Made by a program: the position numbers and the translations under genes. Below, one piece after another: positions 27,208 to 35,738 of a stretch of 64,000 bases of DNA. Position 1 is the stretch's first letter. Each line of letters begins with the position of its first letter. Source of the stretch: Planctomycetota bacterium (GTDB lineage: Bacteria; Planctomycetota; JAJSAM01; JAJVHW01); the NCBI GenBank assembly GCA_965248445.1, contig CBDFJG010000004.1, forward strand, positions 1,696,001-1,760,000. Reading direction: 5' to 3'. Under the pieces are notes generated by a model, which saw only the letters and a program-made list of their open reading frames with translations, was not told the origin of the DNA and did not search any database.

Positions 27208-27948
27208 ATGGCCGAGGCCCCCTGGTCGGGGCGTGGAGAACTCGGGGGAGGGCCAGTGAAGATCAGAGTGTCCGTCCCCGGCGTGAGGGCGCTGCCCTAC
27301 CTCGTGCCGTTCGTCCTGTTCGTCACGCTGCCGCTCCTGGGCAATGTGATCCCGCCAGAAGGCGCGCCGTGGCTCGATCCGGTCCGCGTGGCCCTCGCCG
27401 GCGCGTCGCTCATCTTCTTCGCCTCCCGCGCGAAGTACCCGGAACTGGCCCGCGCGAAGCCCGCCGGCGGCGCCTCCCGCCCGCTGGCACTCGGGGTCGC
27501 CGTCGGCGCCGGGCTCGTCTGCGGCCTGGCGTGGGTCCCGCTCGCCGAGGCCGTCCCGATGATCGGCGGGCGCGGGGGCTTCGACCCGGACGCACCGGGA
27601 TTCGCGATCCGTCTGGCCCTTCGCCTGGCCGGCACGCTCGCCGTCGTCCCGGTGATGGAGGAATTGCTCGTGCGCTCGTTCGTGCCGCGGATTGTGGACT
27701 CAAGCGGCGGCGGTGCCCCGTGGCACGAGCGCTCGGTGGGCCGATTCACTGTGCTCTCGTTCGCCGTCTCCGTCGCGTTCTTCACTCTGTCGCACTCCGA
27801 GTGGTTGGCTGCGCTCGTGACAGGTATCGTCTACACGGCGTTGCTCATGTGGACGCACCGCATCCGCGACGCCGTCATCGCGCACGCCGTGAGCAACGCG
27901 GTTCTCGCGGGCTGGGTGATCACGCGCGAGGAGTGGCATTGGTGGTAG
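27208..27948 (+). CDS. CPBP/CAAX prenyl protease-related intramembrane metalloprotease
   Basis: VVPVMEELLVRSF, LSHSEW, AHAVSN, terminal WHWW. Alternative start GTG 27256. Confidence 0.88.
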   Translation: MAEAPWSGRGELGGGPVKIRVSVPGVRALPYLVPFVLFVTLPLLGNVIPPEGAPWLDPVRVALAGASLIFFASRAKYPELARAKPAGGASRPLALGVAVGAGLVCGLAWVPLAEAVPMIGGRGGFDPDAPGFAIRLALRLAGTLAVVPVMEELLVRSFVPRIVDSSGGGAPWHERSVGRFTVLSFAVSVAFFTLSHSEWLAALVTGIVYTALLMWTHRIRDAVIAHAVSNAVLAGWVITREEWHWW

Positions 27949-28448
27949 ACGAAGCTCCCCCGCCGGTTCGCGCGCCCGAGCCCGACGTGATCACGATGTC
28001 CACTCCGGTGGAGCGCAAGGGCGCGCGCTGGCGCGTCGCGATCTACGGCGGCCTCATTGCGGTGGCGACAGTGATCGCGTTCTTCGTGTCCCTGCCGGGT
28101 GTGTCGCTCTGCGCGTTCCAGGCCTTCTTCAGCCGGCCGTGTCCAGGTTGCGGGATGACGCGCTCGGTTGTGAACCTCGCACAGGGAGACGTGCTGACGT
28201 CACTGCGTCTCCACCCGCTCGGCATCGTGCTCGGCGTCGGGCTCGTCGCGTCGTTCTTCTCCGCGACCTACGGGTCGATCCGCGGCCGGGATCCCGCGTG
28301 GCGGTTCCTGAACGTCCATGGCGCCAGGGCGTCGATCCTGTTCCTCGTCGCGCTGATCGGGATCTGGATCGTCCGCGCGTTCATCGTCACGGACTGGTCG
28401 CCGAACGAGATCCATCGTCCGTTCTGGACTCAGTTCTCAGATCGCTGA
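27942..28448 (+). CDS. DUF2752-domain membrane protein
   Basis: C..FFSRPCPGCGMTRS...HPLG signature; SD GAGGAG before GTG. Confidence 0.85.
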   Translation: MVDEAPPPVRAPEPDVITMSTPVERKGARWRVAIYGGLIAVATVIAFFVSLPGVSLCAFQAFFSRPCPGCGMTRSVVNLAQGDVLTSLRLHPLGIVLGVGLVASFFSATYGSIRGRDPAWRFLNVHGARASILFLVALIGIWIVRAFIVTDWSPNEIHRPFWTQFSDR

Positions 28449-28541
28449 GCCGCCCCACCCGGGACTTCGTGTGGGCAGACTCTTGTAGTCTGGAGCGTGG
28501 CACTTCACTCGCAGCGCGAATGTGCACGACGGAGAGGCTCC

Positions 28542-28694
28542 ATGTCCGAACAGGTCCCTGACTCGAAGCCGCGCGAACGTCCCGAGCCGGTACGAAAGCG
28601 CGAACCGTCATGGCTCGAGAAGCTGCGACGGAAGCTCGAGACCAAGCCGCAGCGGGTCAAGCGGGAAGACCCGAGCGTGTACCCGCTGCACTGA
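28542..28694 (+). CDS. Small basic peptide (50 aa) ending DPSVYPLH
   Basis: SD GGAGAGG 4 nt before ATG; first gene of a tightly spaced 4-gene cassette. Confidence 0.6.
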   Translation: MSEQVPDSKPRERPEPVRKREPSWLEKLRRKLETKPQRVKREDPSVYPLH

Positions 28695-28702
28695 GCGCAC
28701 CG

Positions 28703-29650
28703 ATGTCAAGTGCACCGATGTCCGAGCCTGACTCGACTGTCCCGAGCGCCGCGATGCTCCAGCCCTATTCGATGCTCCAGCCCTACTCCGGGAACAGGAC
28801 GCGCGAGCACCTCGGAGACGCAGGACCGCCTCACGCCACGGCACGCTATGGCAGGGACGAAAGCGGGACGAAGCAGTACCGTTTCAACACACTCGGGTTC
28901 CGAGGCGAGGAGCACGACCCTGCCGCCAAGTTCACGATCTTCGTCTGCGGTTGCAGCGACGCGCTCGGCACCGGCTTGAATGTCGACGAGACGTGGGCGC
29001 ACAGGCTGAAGCTGGCCTACGCGACGCGCCACGGACATGCGCCCGACGACGTGAACGTGTTGAACTTCTCGCAAGGTGCCGCGTCGAACGATTACATCGT
29101 CAGGACGCTCCTCGCGCAGTGCGCCGACGTGCAACCGGATCTGGTGGTGGCGCAGTTCAGTCCGATCAACCGGGCCGAGGGATTCGTGGGAGGGGTTCCC
29201 TTCTCAATCGGCCCGTGGCTCTGGCCGGGCGGTTCGCTTTGGTGGCGCATCGCGCGTACCCCGTGGCGGCAGCTGCGCGCGGTCCTGGCGCGAGTTCGGA
29301 AGGCGCGGCACTACTCGAAGTACTACACGCGCGAAATGGGACTCGCGAACGCACTCCGCAACATCCTGCTCACGCAGTTCTTCTGCCGATCACGAGGCAT
29401 CGAGTGCGTGATCAGCTGGTCGGACCACCGGCGATTGGGAGACCCCGCGTCGCTGGCTCAGCCGGTGCTCGCTCCGCTCATCCGGTTGGTGGACCGTAGC
29501 TGCGTCTGCGACTTCGCCATCCGTGACCCGGACGTCTGCACCGACGTCGCGGCGGACGGCTGCCACGCGGGACCGGACTCGCACGAGGCGTTCGCACACC
29601 GGCTACTCGACTTCCTGGGCACGAAGCGGAGGGTCCCACCGTCGCCGTGA
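28703..29650 (+). CDS. SGNH/GDSL-like hydrolase or acyltransferase
   Basis: NTLGFRG, block I GCS (VCGCSDALG), block II NFSQGAASN, block V DGCH. Start ambiguous: ATGs at 28703, 28718, 28754, 28772 because of duplications. Confidence 0.75.
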   Translation: MSSAPMSEPDSTVPSAAMLQPYSMLQPYSGNRTREHLGDAGPPHATARYGRDESGTKQYRFNTLGFRGEEHDPAAKFTIFVCGCSDALGTGLNVDETWAHRLKLAYATRHGHAPDDVNVLNFSQGAASNDYIVRTLLAQCADVQPDLVVAQFSPINRAEGFVGGVPFSIGPWLWPGGSLWWRIARTPWRQLRAVLARVRKARHYSKYYTREMGLANALRNILLTQFFCRSRGIECVISWSDHRRLGDPASLAQPVLAPLIRLVDRSCVCDFAIRDPDVCTDVAADGCHAGPDSHEAFAHRLLDFLGTKRRVPPSP

Positions 29651-30504
29651 CTCTTCCCGCGAGTGAGCAGATAGCGCAGCGAGTGCGTGCGTTCTACGAG
29701 GCCGCGCCGTTCAACTGCTCTGCCTCGACGGCGGAGGCGGCCGAGCGAGTACGACTCGGTACACTCGAGAGCGTCCACCCCGACGTCCATGAACTGCTGC
29801 GGTCGGGCGAGGTGCGTTCCGTGCTGGAGTTCGGATGCGGCACCGGCTGGCTCGCGAGCACGATTGCGCACCGCTACTCGATCCCTGTCACCGGCGTGGA
29901 CTTCGCGGCGCCCGCGATCCGTCGGTCCCATGAGCGTGCGAAGGCGCTCGGTGTCGGCGGCCTTACGCGTTTCGAGTTGGCGGACCTCTTCACCTACCGT
30001 GCCGGGGGGCAGTTCGATCTCGTGGTCACCGAGGGCGTTCTGCATCACACGTACAGCGCACGAGAGGCGTTTGCGCGCGTGCGAGAGTTCGTGGCTCCGG
30101 GGAAGTACCTCCACCTGGGTCTCTATCACCGCTACGGCCGGGCGCCCTTCCGCGACCACCTGCGCCAGATCCTGGAGCGCGCCGGAGAGGAGGCTGCGTT
30201 CCGCGAGTACAGCGCACTCGACTCGATGCGTCGAGGGGACGCGGTTCAGCTCCGATCGTGGTTCCGTGACCAGGTGCTGCACCCGCACGAGAGCTCTCAC
30301 ACCCTTCGAGAGGTCACCGAGTGGCTCTCGGACGCGAACTGCGAACTCGTGACCACCAGCTTGAACGGATTCCGTGAGTTCGAGCGCCTCGACGGGCTGT
30401 TCGCGCTGGAGGAGCGCTGCGGCGAGTTCGCCCGAGAGGCGACCCACGTCACCCGTCGCTACTACCCGGGCTTCTTCACGGTGCTCGCGCAGGGCTGGGA
30501 GTAG
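29647..30504 (+). CDS. Class I SAM-dependent methyltransferase
   Basis: VLEFGCGTG, FDLVVTEGVLHH, GLYHRYGR, DQVLHPHE; GTGA overlap with upstream gene. Confidence 0.92.
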   Translation: MTLPASEQIAQRVRAFYEAAPFNCSASTAEAAERVRLGTLESVHPDVHELLRSGEVRSVLEFGCGTGWLASTIAHRYSIPVTGVDFAAPAIRRSHERAKALGVGGLTRFELADLFTYRAGGQFDLVVTEGVLHHTYSAREAFARVREFVAPGKYLHLGLYHRYGRAPFRDHLRQILERAGEEAAFREYSALDSMRRGDAVQLRSWFRDQVLHPHESSHTLREVTEWLSDANCELVTTSLNGFREFERLDGLFALEERCGEFAREATHVTRRYYPGFFTVLAQGWE

Positions 30505-30512
30505 CCGGCGTC

Positions 30513-31799
30513 GTGGACTGGCGCGCACGGTGGTACCCGGTCTCCCTGGTCGAGGATCTGCCGCGGGACCGGCCCCATGGGTTCTCGATCCACGGAGAGT
30601 CGCGCGTGCTGTTCACGGACCGTGAGGGACGGGTCTCGTGCCTGGCCGATCGATGCCCGCACCGCTCCGCGCGGCTTTCGGACGGCCGACTCGTGGATGG
30701 GGGGATCGAGTGCGGATATCACGGCTGGCAGTTCGACGCCGGCGGCACGTGCCTGCGCATCCCGCAGTTGCCGGACGGACACGAGATCCCCGAGAGGGCG
30801 CGCGCCCGGTCCTACGCCGTCGTGGAGCGCCAGGGAATCGCCTGGGTCTGGGGCGGCGGAGAACCGGGTCCCGATGAGGGCGACATTCCCGTGCTCGAGG
30901 AGCTCGACCGGCCGGAAACCGTCAGCATCGACTTCATGATGGACCTGCCGTACGGCCAGGCGGCGCTGATCGAGAACGTGATCGACATCGCCCACATCCA
31001 CATCGCGCACGACGGTGTGCGCGGCGGCGGCCGGCGCGAACTCGCCAGGCCGCTCGAATTCGAGGTTCTCGAGAACTCGGCCACGCGCATCCGGAGCCGC
31101 TTCCGCTCCAAGGGGATCGAGGGTGTGCACGGACTACCGCAACTGCGCGGAGCAGTCATCGAGTTCGTGGCCCCGAACCTCGTGAAGCACGAGTCGATCT
31201 ACGAGGATCCCCGGCGCTGGTCGGGGCTGGCCCTCTACTCGCTCCCGCTCGAACGCAACCGATGCCGGCTCATTTACCGCGCGTACAGCAACTTCTGGTC
31301 GTGGAAGGACCGCTGGAAGCCGCGTGCGTTGCAGCACTGGACGCAGTGCACGATTCTGGAGCAGGACATGCAGGTCGTAATCGGTCAGGTCGCGGAACTC
31401 GACCGGTCCGAGAGAGGACTGGAAGACACGTGGCTGCCCATCAAGTCGAGCGATGCGCTGGCGCTCCTGTATCGCAAGTGGCTCGACGCACACGGCACGC
31501 CCTCGGCCGGTCACCGACCGTTCTCGTCCTCGGCCACCGGCGTTTCGGACCCGGAGGTCGAAACGACCGCATCTGCACCGAGCCGATTCGAGCTGCATAC
31601 GCGGATCTGCAAGTCCTGCAGCAGCGCCCACGCTCTGCTGAGGCGGTGCGCGGCCATGCTTGCCGGCGGCACCGTCGCCCTGCTCGCGCTGGGCGTTCTC
31701 CGCGGACGCTCACGGCTGACCACCGCGCTCGTGGTGGCCGCCCTCCTGACGGCTCTCGGCGCCGTGGCGGCGCGAAGGGCTCGAGCGCGCTTCGAATGA
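30513..31799 (+). CDS. Rieske non-heme iron oxygenase, pheophorbide a oxygenase/Tic55-like
   Basis: Rieske CPHR...CGYHGW; Fe site ENVIDIAHIHIAH; LPIKSSD...YRKWL; HTRICKSC; two C-terminal hydrophobic helices. Confidence 0.88.
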   Translation: MDWRARWYPVSLVEDLPRDRPHGFSIHGESRVLFTDREGRVSCLADRCPHRSARLSDGRLVDGGIECGYHGWQFDAGGTCLRIPQLPDGHEIPERARARSYAVVERQGIAWVWGGGEPGPDEGDIPVLEELDRPETVSIDFMMDLPYGQAALIENVIDIAHIHIAHDGVRGGGRRELARPLEFEVLENSATRIRSRFRSKGIEGVHGLPQLRGAVIEFVAPNLVKHESIYEDPRRWSGLALYSLPLERNRCRLIYRAYSNFWSWKDRWKPRALQHWTQCTILEQDMQVVIGQVAELDRSERGLEDTWLPIKSSDALALLYRKWLDAHGTPSAGHRPFSSSATGVSDPEVETTASAPSRFELHTRICKSCSSAHALLRRCAAMLAGGTVALLALGVLRGRSRLTTALVVAALLTALGAVAARRARARFE

Positions 31800-31824
31800 G
31801 GGGCCGAACCCCACCCCGCGGGGC

Positions 31825-32640
31825 TCAGCGCCTTCGGCGGGTCGCCTTACGGCCGTTGCGCCGGCTGCTCTTGAGCTTCGAGTGGATCCCCTCGTATGCA
31901 CGCAGCATCGCGCCGGCGTTTGCGTAACGCTTGCGCTGATCCACTTCGAGCGCGCGCCGCAAGAACGTCACGAGCCGCGGCGACACCTTCGTGCGCAACT
32001 TCGCGTTACCCGGGAGCGGCCAGGTGAACGGCCAGTCGGGCAACTCGCCGGCCAGCATGCGGTAGAGCACCAGCCCGACGCAGAAGACGTCGCTGCGCAA
32101 CGACGGCCGTCCCATCGCCTGCTCCGGTGCCATGTACCCGAGGGTGCCGGCACCGGTGCCCCACAGCGTGCGCTGCGCGTGTTTCGCCAGGCCGAAGTCG
32201 CCGAGCTTCGCGACGTTGCCTGGGAACAGGATCACGTTGTCCGGCTTCACGTCGCGGTGGACGATGCGGCGGTCGTGCGCGTACGCGAGTGCCTGGAGCA
32301 TCTGCTCGAACATGTCGAGCGCTGTCTTCGCTCCCATGCGCCGCCGCATGCGCTCGTGCAGCGACTCGACGCCGAGCGGAGTCGCGACGACGAGCCGGCT
32401 GTTGATCTCGTCCGCATTCTTGATCGGCAGGATGTTCGGGTGATCGAGCCGGACCATCAACCGGATCTCGCGCCGCATGAGATCGCGATCCGATGCCTTC
32501 GCATCCTTCGGCAACACCTTCAACGCGACGCGGATGTTCTCGATCGTGTCGCGCGCCTCGTACACCGAACCGAATCCGCCACTCGCGATGTGCCGCACGA
32601 TGCGGTACTTGCCGAGTCGGGTTCTGGCGCGGAGTGGCAT
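31825..32640 (-). CDS. Stand-alone Hanks-type Ser/Thr protein kinase
   Basis: IASGGFGSVY, VALK, HRDVKPDN, DFG, GTLGYMAPE. Confidence 0.93.
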   Translation of the reverse strand: MPLRARTRLGKYRIVRHIASGGFGSVYEARDTIENIRVALKVLPKDAKASDRDLMRREIRLMVRLDHPNILPIKNADEINSRLVVATPLGVESLHERMRRRMGAKTALDMFEQMLQALAYAHDRRIVHRDVKPDNVILFPGNVAKLGDFGLAKHAQRTLWGTGAGTLGYMAPEQAMGRPSLRSDVFCVGLVLYRMLAGELPDWPFTWPLPGNAKLRTKVSPRLVTFLRRALEVDQRKRYANAGAMLRAYEGIHSKLKSSRRNGRKATRRRR

Positions 32641-32982
32641 GGTTGGATGCGCCGCTCCGAGGGTCCCTCGGAGGCGGACCCGAGAGGTTACGAGAAGCAC
32701 CGACACAGGCCGAGCGCCGGCTCGGTCCGCGGACCGAATTCCGCGCGCGATGGCTCGGGGGTGGACACCCGCCCGGACCGGGGCTTCCGGTGCCGGCCTT
32801 CGCGTTCCCGCTACCTGCGAAGCCAAGGCGGCGCGGCGGTTGCCACGCGACCGCCGTGACGCCGTAGTAGGCCGACCGGGCGTCCCGACCGAGAGGGATC
32901 ACCCTCCTCAGACGACCGCTTCGGGCGCTCGGACGGCCCCAGCAACACGTAACGCGCGGAAGTTGCCCCGCAACTGACGTGA

Positions 32983-33693
32983 CTACAACTCGAGGACGAG
33001 GATGCGGTGGCAGTTGCGACAGAGGATGACCTCTGTGCCCGCGTGCAGGTCCGAGATGTCCTGCGGCCGGACGGCCATCTGGCAGCCCTGGCAGTACTCG
33101 CCATGCACGGCCACGACGGCGGTCCCGCTCGAGAGGTTGCCGGAGCGGATGCGGTCATACAGCGTGAGCTTGGCCGGGATGATCGCCCCCGCCAGTTCGC
33201 TCCGGGCGGCCTGCTGGGTCTCGAAATCGGCCTCCAGACCCTGACGCTGCCCCTCCAGCCGGGACTCCGCGGCCCGCAGGGCCGCCTCGGCGTCCTTCTG
33301 CAGGCCCCGGGCCGCGTCCTCGGTGCGCTCCTTCTCCTCGACGTCGTCCATGGCCAGGAGGATCAGCTCCTCGAGCTTGCCGTTCTCGGCCTGCTTGGTC
33401 CCGATCTCGAGCTGGATCGCCGCGAACTCCTTGTTGGTCGAGGCGGTGTTCAGCTTGACCTGGAACCTCTTGACCCTGTCCTCGCTGGCCTGGAGGTCGG
33501 TCTCGTGGGAGTGCAGTGCGGCCTGGGAGTGTTGGAGCACCCCGTGGGCCGCCTCGACCACGGCCTTGGCCTTCTCGAGGTCCGCCTGGGCGCCGTGCAG
33601 GCCCTTGTGCAGATCGTCGATCCGGGTCCGCAGCGCGTTGAGGTCCAGATCCATCCGCTGCAATGCGATCAGCTGCTCGAGCGTCTCTCTCAC
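32983..33693 (-). CDS. C4 zinc-ribbon coiled-coil protein (DUF164/CT398 family)
   Basis: LIALQRMD N-terminus, long coiled coil, CQGC...CRNCHRIL; located downstream of rpoD. Confidence 0.9.
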   Translation of the reverse strand: MRETLEQLIALQRMDLDLNALRTRIDDLHKGLHGAQADLEKAKAVVEAAHGVLQHSQAALHSHETDLQASEDRVKRFQVKLNTASTNKEFAAIQLEIGTKQAENGKLEELILLAMDDVEEKERTEDAARGLQKDAEAALRAAESRLEGQRQGLEADFETQQAARSELAGAIIPAKLTLYDRIRSGNLSSGTAVVAVHGEYCQGCQMAVRPQDISDLHAGTEVILCRNCHRILVLEL

Positions 33694-33741
33694 GTCCGTC
33701 GTCCTTCGCTTCTGCGCATGATGCACACCGCCCTACCAACG

Positions 33742-33773
33742 CGAAAGGGCCCGGCTCGCGCCGGGCCCTTTCG
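33742..33773 (-). terminator. Intrinsic terminator-like hairpin after rpoD
   Basis: CGAAAGGGCCCGGC-TCGC-GCCGGGCCCTTTCG, 14-bp stem, 5 nt after the rpoD stop. Confidence 0.7.
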
Positions 33774-33778
33774 GGGTG

Positions 33779-35479
33779 TCACTCGTTCCCCACCGAGTCG
33801 AGGAAGCCCTCGAGCTTCCTCGCTCGCACCGGGTGCTGGAGCTTTCGCACCGCCTTCGCTTCGATCTGGCGCACGCGCTCGCGCGTCACCTTGAAGATGC
33901 GACCCACCTCCTCGAGCGTGTAGGTGTAGCCGTCGCCGATGCCGTACCGCAGCTTGATGATCTCGCGCTCGCGGAACGTCAGCGTCTGCAGGACCTTCTC
34001 GATCTTGTCCTTCAGCATCTCGTGCGTGGCCGCGTTCACCGGCGACTCGGCGCTGCCGTCCTCGATGAAGTCGCCGAAGTAGCTGTCGTCGCTGTCGCCG
34101 ATCGGGCAGTCCAGCGAGATCGGATGCTTGGCGATCTTGAAGACGCGCTTCGTCTCGTCGACCGAGATCTCGGACGCGGCCGCGATCTCCTCGATCGTCG
34201 GTTCGCGACCCTTCTTCTGCACCAGGTCCTTGGTGACGTTGCGCAGCTTCGACATCGTCTCGATCATGTGGACCGGGATACGGATAGTGCGCGCCTGATC
34301 GGCGATCGACCGCGTGATGGCCTGGCGGATCCACCAGGTCGCGTACGTCGAGAACTTGTATCCGCGGCGGAACTCGTACTTCTCGACCGCCTTCATCAGG
34401 CCGGTGTTGCCCTCCTGGATGAGGTCGAGGAACGAGAGTCCGCGGTTCCTGTACTTCTTCGCGATCGAGACCACGAGGCGCAGGTTGCCGCTCGAGAGGT
34501 TCTGCTTCGCCAGTTCGTAGCCGTTGAACTCGTGGCGGATCTGCTGGCGCAGGCGGCGGCGCAGGCGAGCCGGCGCCTCGCACGCGTTCAGCGTGATCTG
34601 CGCGATGCGGTCCTTGACCTCTTCGCGCTCCTGCACGACGGCGGCGCTCGACGAGCGCGACGCATCGAGGTCACGCACTCGGCGCTCAAGGCGGTCGAGC
34701 TCGCGCACGGTCGCAGCGATCTCGTCCATCACAGGCTTCAGCTTCTTGATCTGGATGTTCAGCTCTTCGAGCAGCCTGCGGCCGCGGCGCCGGCGCTCGC
34801 AAAGCCGGCGGGACACGAGGACGCGCTTCTTCTTGCTGCGCGCGACGGTCAGCTCGAGTAGGTCACCGCGCATCGCGTTCAACATGGCGCGAAGAGTGGC
34901 GACGTGCTCCGGCAGCCGCTGCTGCGTGTTCTGCTTGCTGTTGTCGATCTGCGGGTTGACCTTGAGGGTCCGGTCGAACGCGAGTTCACCGCGCATCACG
35001 TCCTCGAGCAGGCGCACCGACAGTTCGAGCGCCATGCCGCAGGACAGCAACTTCTCGCGATAGCGCTTCCGCGTCCGCTCGATGGTCTTCGCAAGCCAGA
35101 TCTCCTGCTCGCGCGTCAGCAACGGGATCTCGCCCATCTGCGTCAGGTACATGCGGACGGGATCGTCGATGCGCTCGACGGGCGTCTGCATCGTGAGCGG
35201 ATCGATGGCCGACTTCTGCACCGGCTCGAGCGTCTTCTTCTGGCGCAGCTGACGCGCATCGACGTCTTCGGCGGCTGTCGCCTCGGCGTCGTACGTGTGC
35301 GCCTCCTCGACGAGCTCGATGTTCAGCTCGTCGAGCTGCTGCGCGATCTTGTCGAGTGCCTGCTCCGACGCAGTGATCTCATCGGGCAGCATCCGATGCA
35401 CTTCGTCGATGGTGACGTAGCCCTTGCGGCGCCCCTCTTTGATGAGGGCCTTGAGCTCGGGGTCGATCCGGTCGTTCAT
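33779..35479 (-). CDS. rpoD: RNA polymerase primary sigma factor
   Basis: Region 1.1; [52 protein letters not shown]. Confidence 0.97.
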   Translation of the reverse strand: MNDRIDPELKALIKEGRRKGYVTIDEVHRMLPDEITASEQALDKIAQQLDELNIELVEEAHTYDAEATAAEDVDARQLRQKKTLEPVQKSAIDPLTMQTPVERIDDPVRMYLTQMGEIPLLTREQEIWLAKTIERTRKRYREKLLSCGMALELSVRLLEDVMRGELAFDRTLKVNPQIDNSKQNTQQRLPEHVATLRAMLNAMRGDLLELTVARSKKKRVLVSRRLCERRRRGRRLLEELNIQIKKLKPVMDEIAATVRELDRLERRVRDLDASRSSSAAVVQEREEVKDRIAQITLNACEAPARLRRRLRQQIRHEFNGYELAKQNLSSGNLRLVVSIAKKYRNRGLSFLDLIQEGNTGLMKAVEKYEFRRGYKFSTYATWWIRQAITRSIADQARTIRIPVHMIETMSKLRNVTKDLVQKKGREPTIEEIAAASEISVDETKRVFKIAKHPISLDCPIGDSDDSYFGDFIEDGSAESPVNAATHEMLKDKIEKVLQTLTFREREIIKLRYGIGDGYTYTLEEVGRIFKVTRERVRQIEAKAVRKLQHPVRARKLEGFLDSVGNE

Positions 35480-35530
35480 GGGCGGATTCGTGCTCCGGTC
35501 GGGGTCGTCAGAAACGGCGGAGAAGGGCGC

Positions 35531-35572
35531 CCTGTGCACCCCTCACTGGATCCTGTGCACCCCTCACTGGAA
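35531..35572. repeat. 21-bp tandem duplication in rpoD leader
   Basis: CCTGTGCACCCCTCACTGGA(T/A) x2. Confidence 0.9.
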
Positions 35573-35738
35573 GACGTGCGGCGGAAAGCTGTGCCGAACT
35601 CCTGAATCTACAGTCTCAATGCGATGGGGAGAAGCTCCCACCGCTTTGACTCATTCCGAGAATCGGACCTCCCGGAGCGTACCCCACGATTCGGACGAGC
35701 CCATTCGGACGAGAGCGGCGAGCCTGGACAGGGTCGCA

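Noticed and set aside
32961..32977. Cobalamin riboswitch (GCCCCGCAACTG)
   Set aside because: Isolated match inside a small palindrome, facing a gene 3' end, without the other conserved elements.
32641..32982. RNase P RNA or tmRNA next to the zinc-ribbon gene
   Set aside because: No GAGGAAAGUCC or CGGCUUA signatures and no tRNA-like TTCGA/CCA ends found on either strand.
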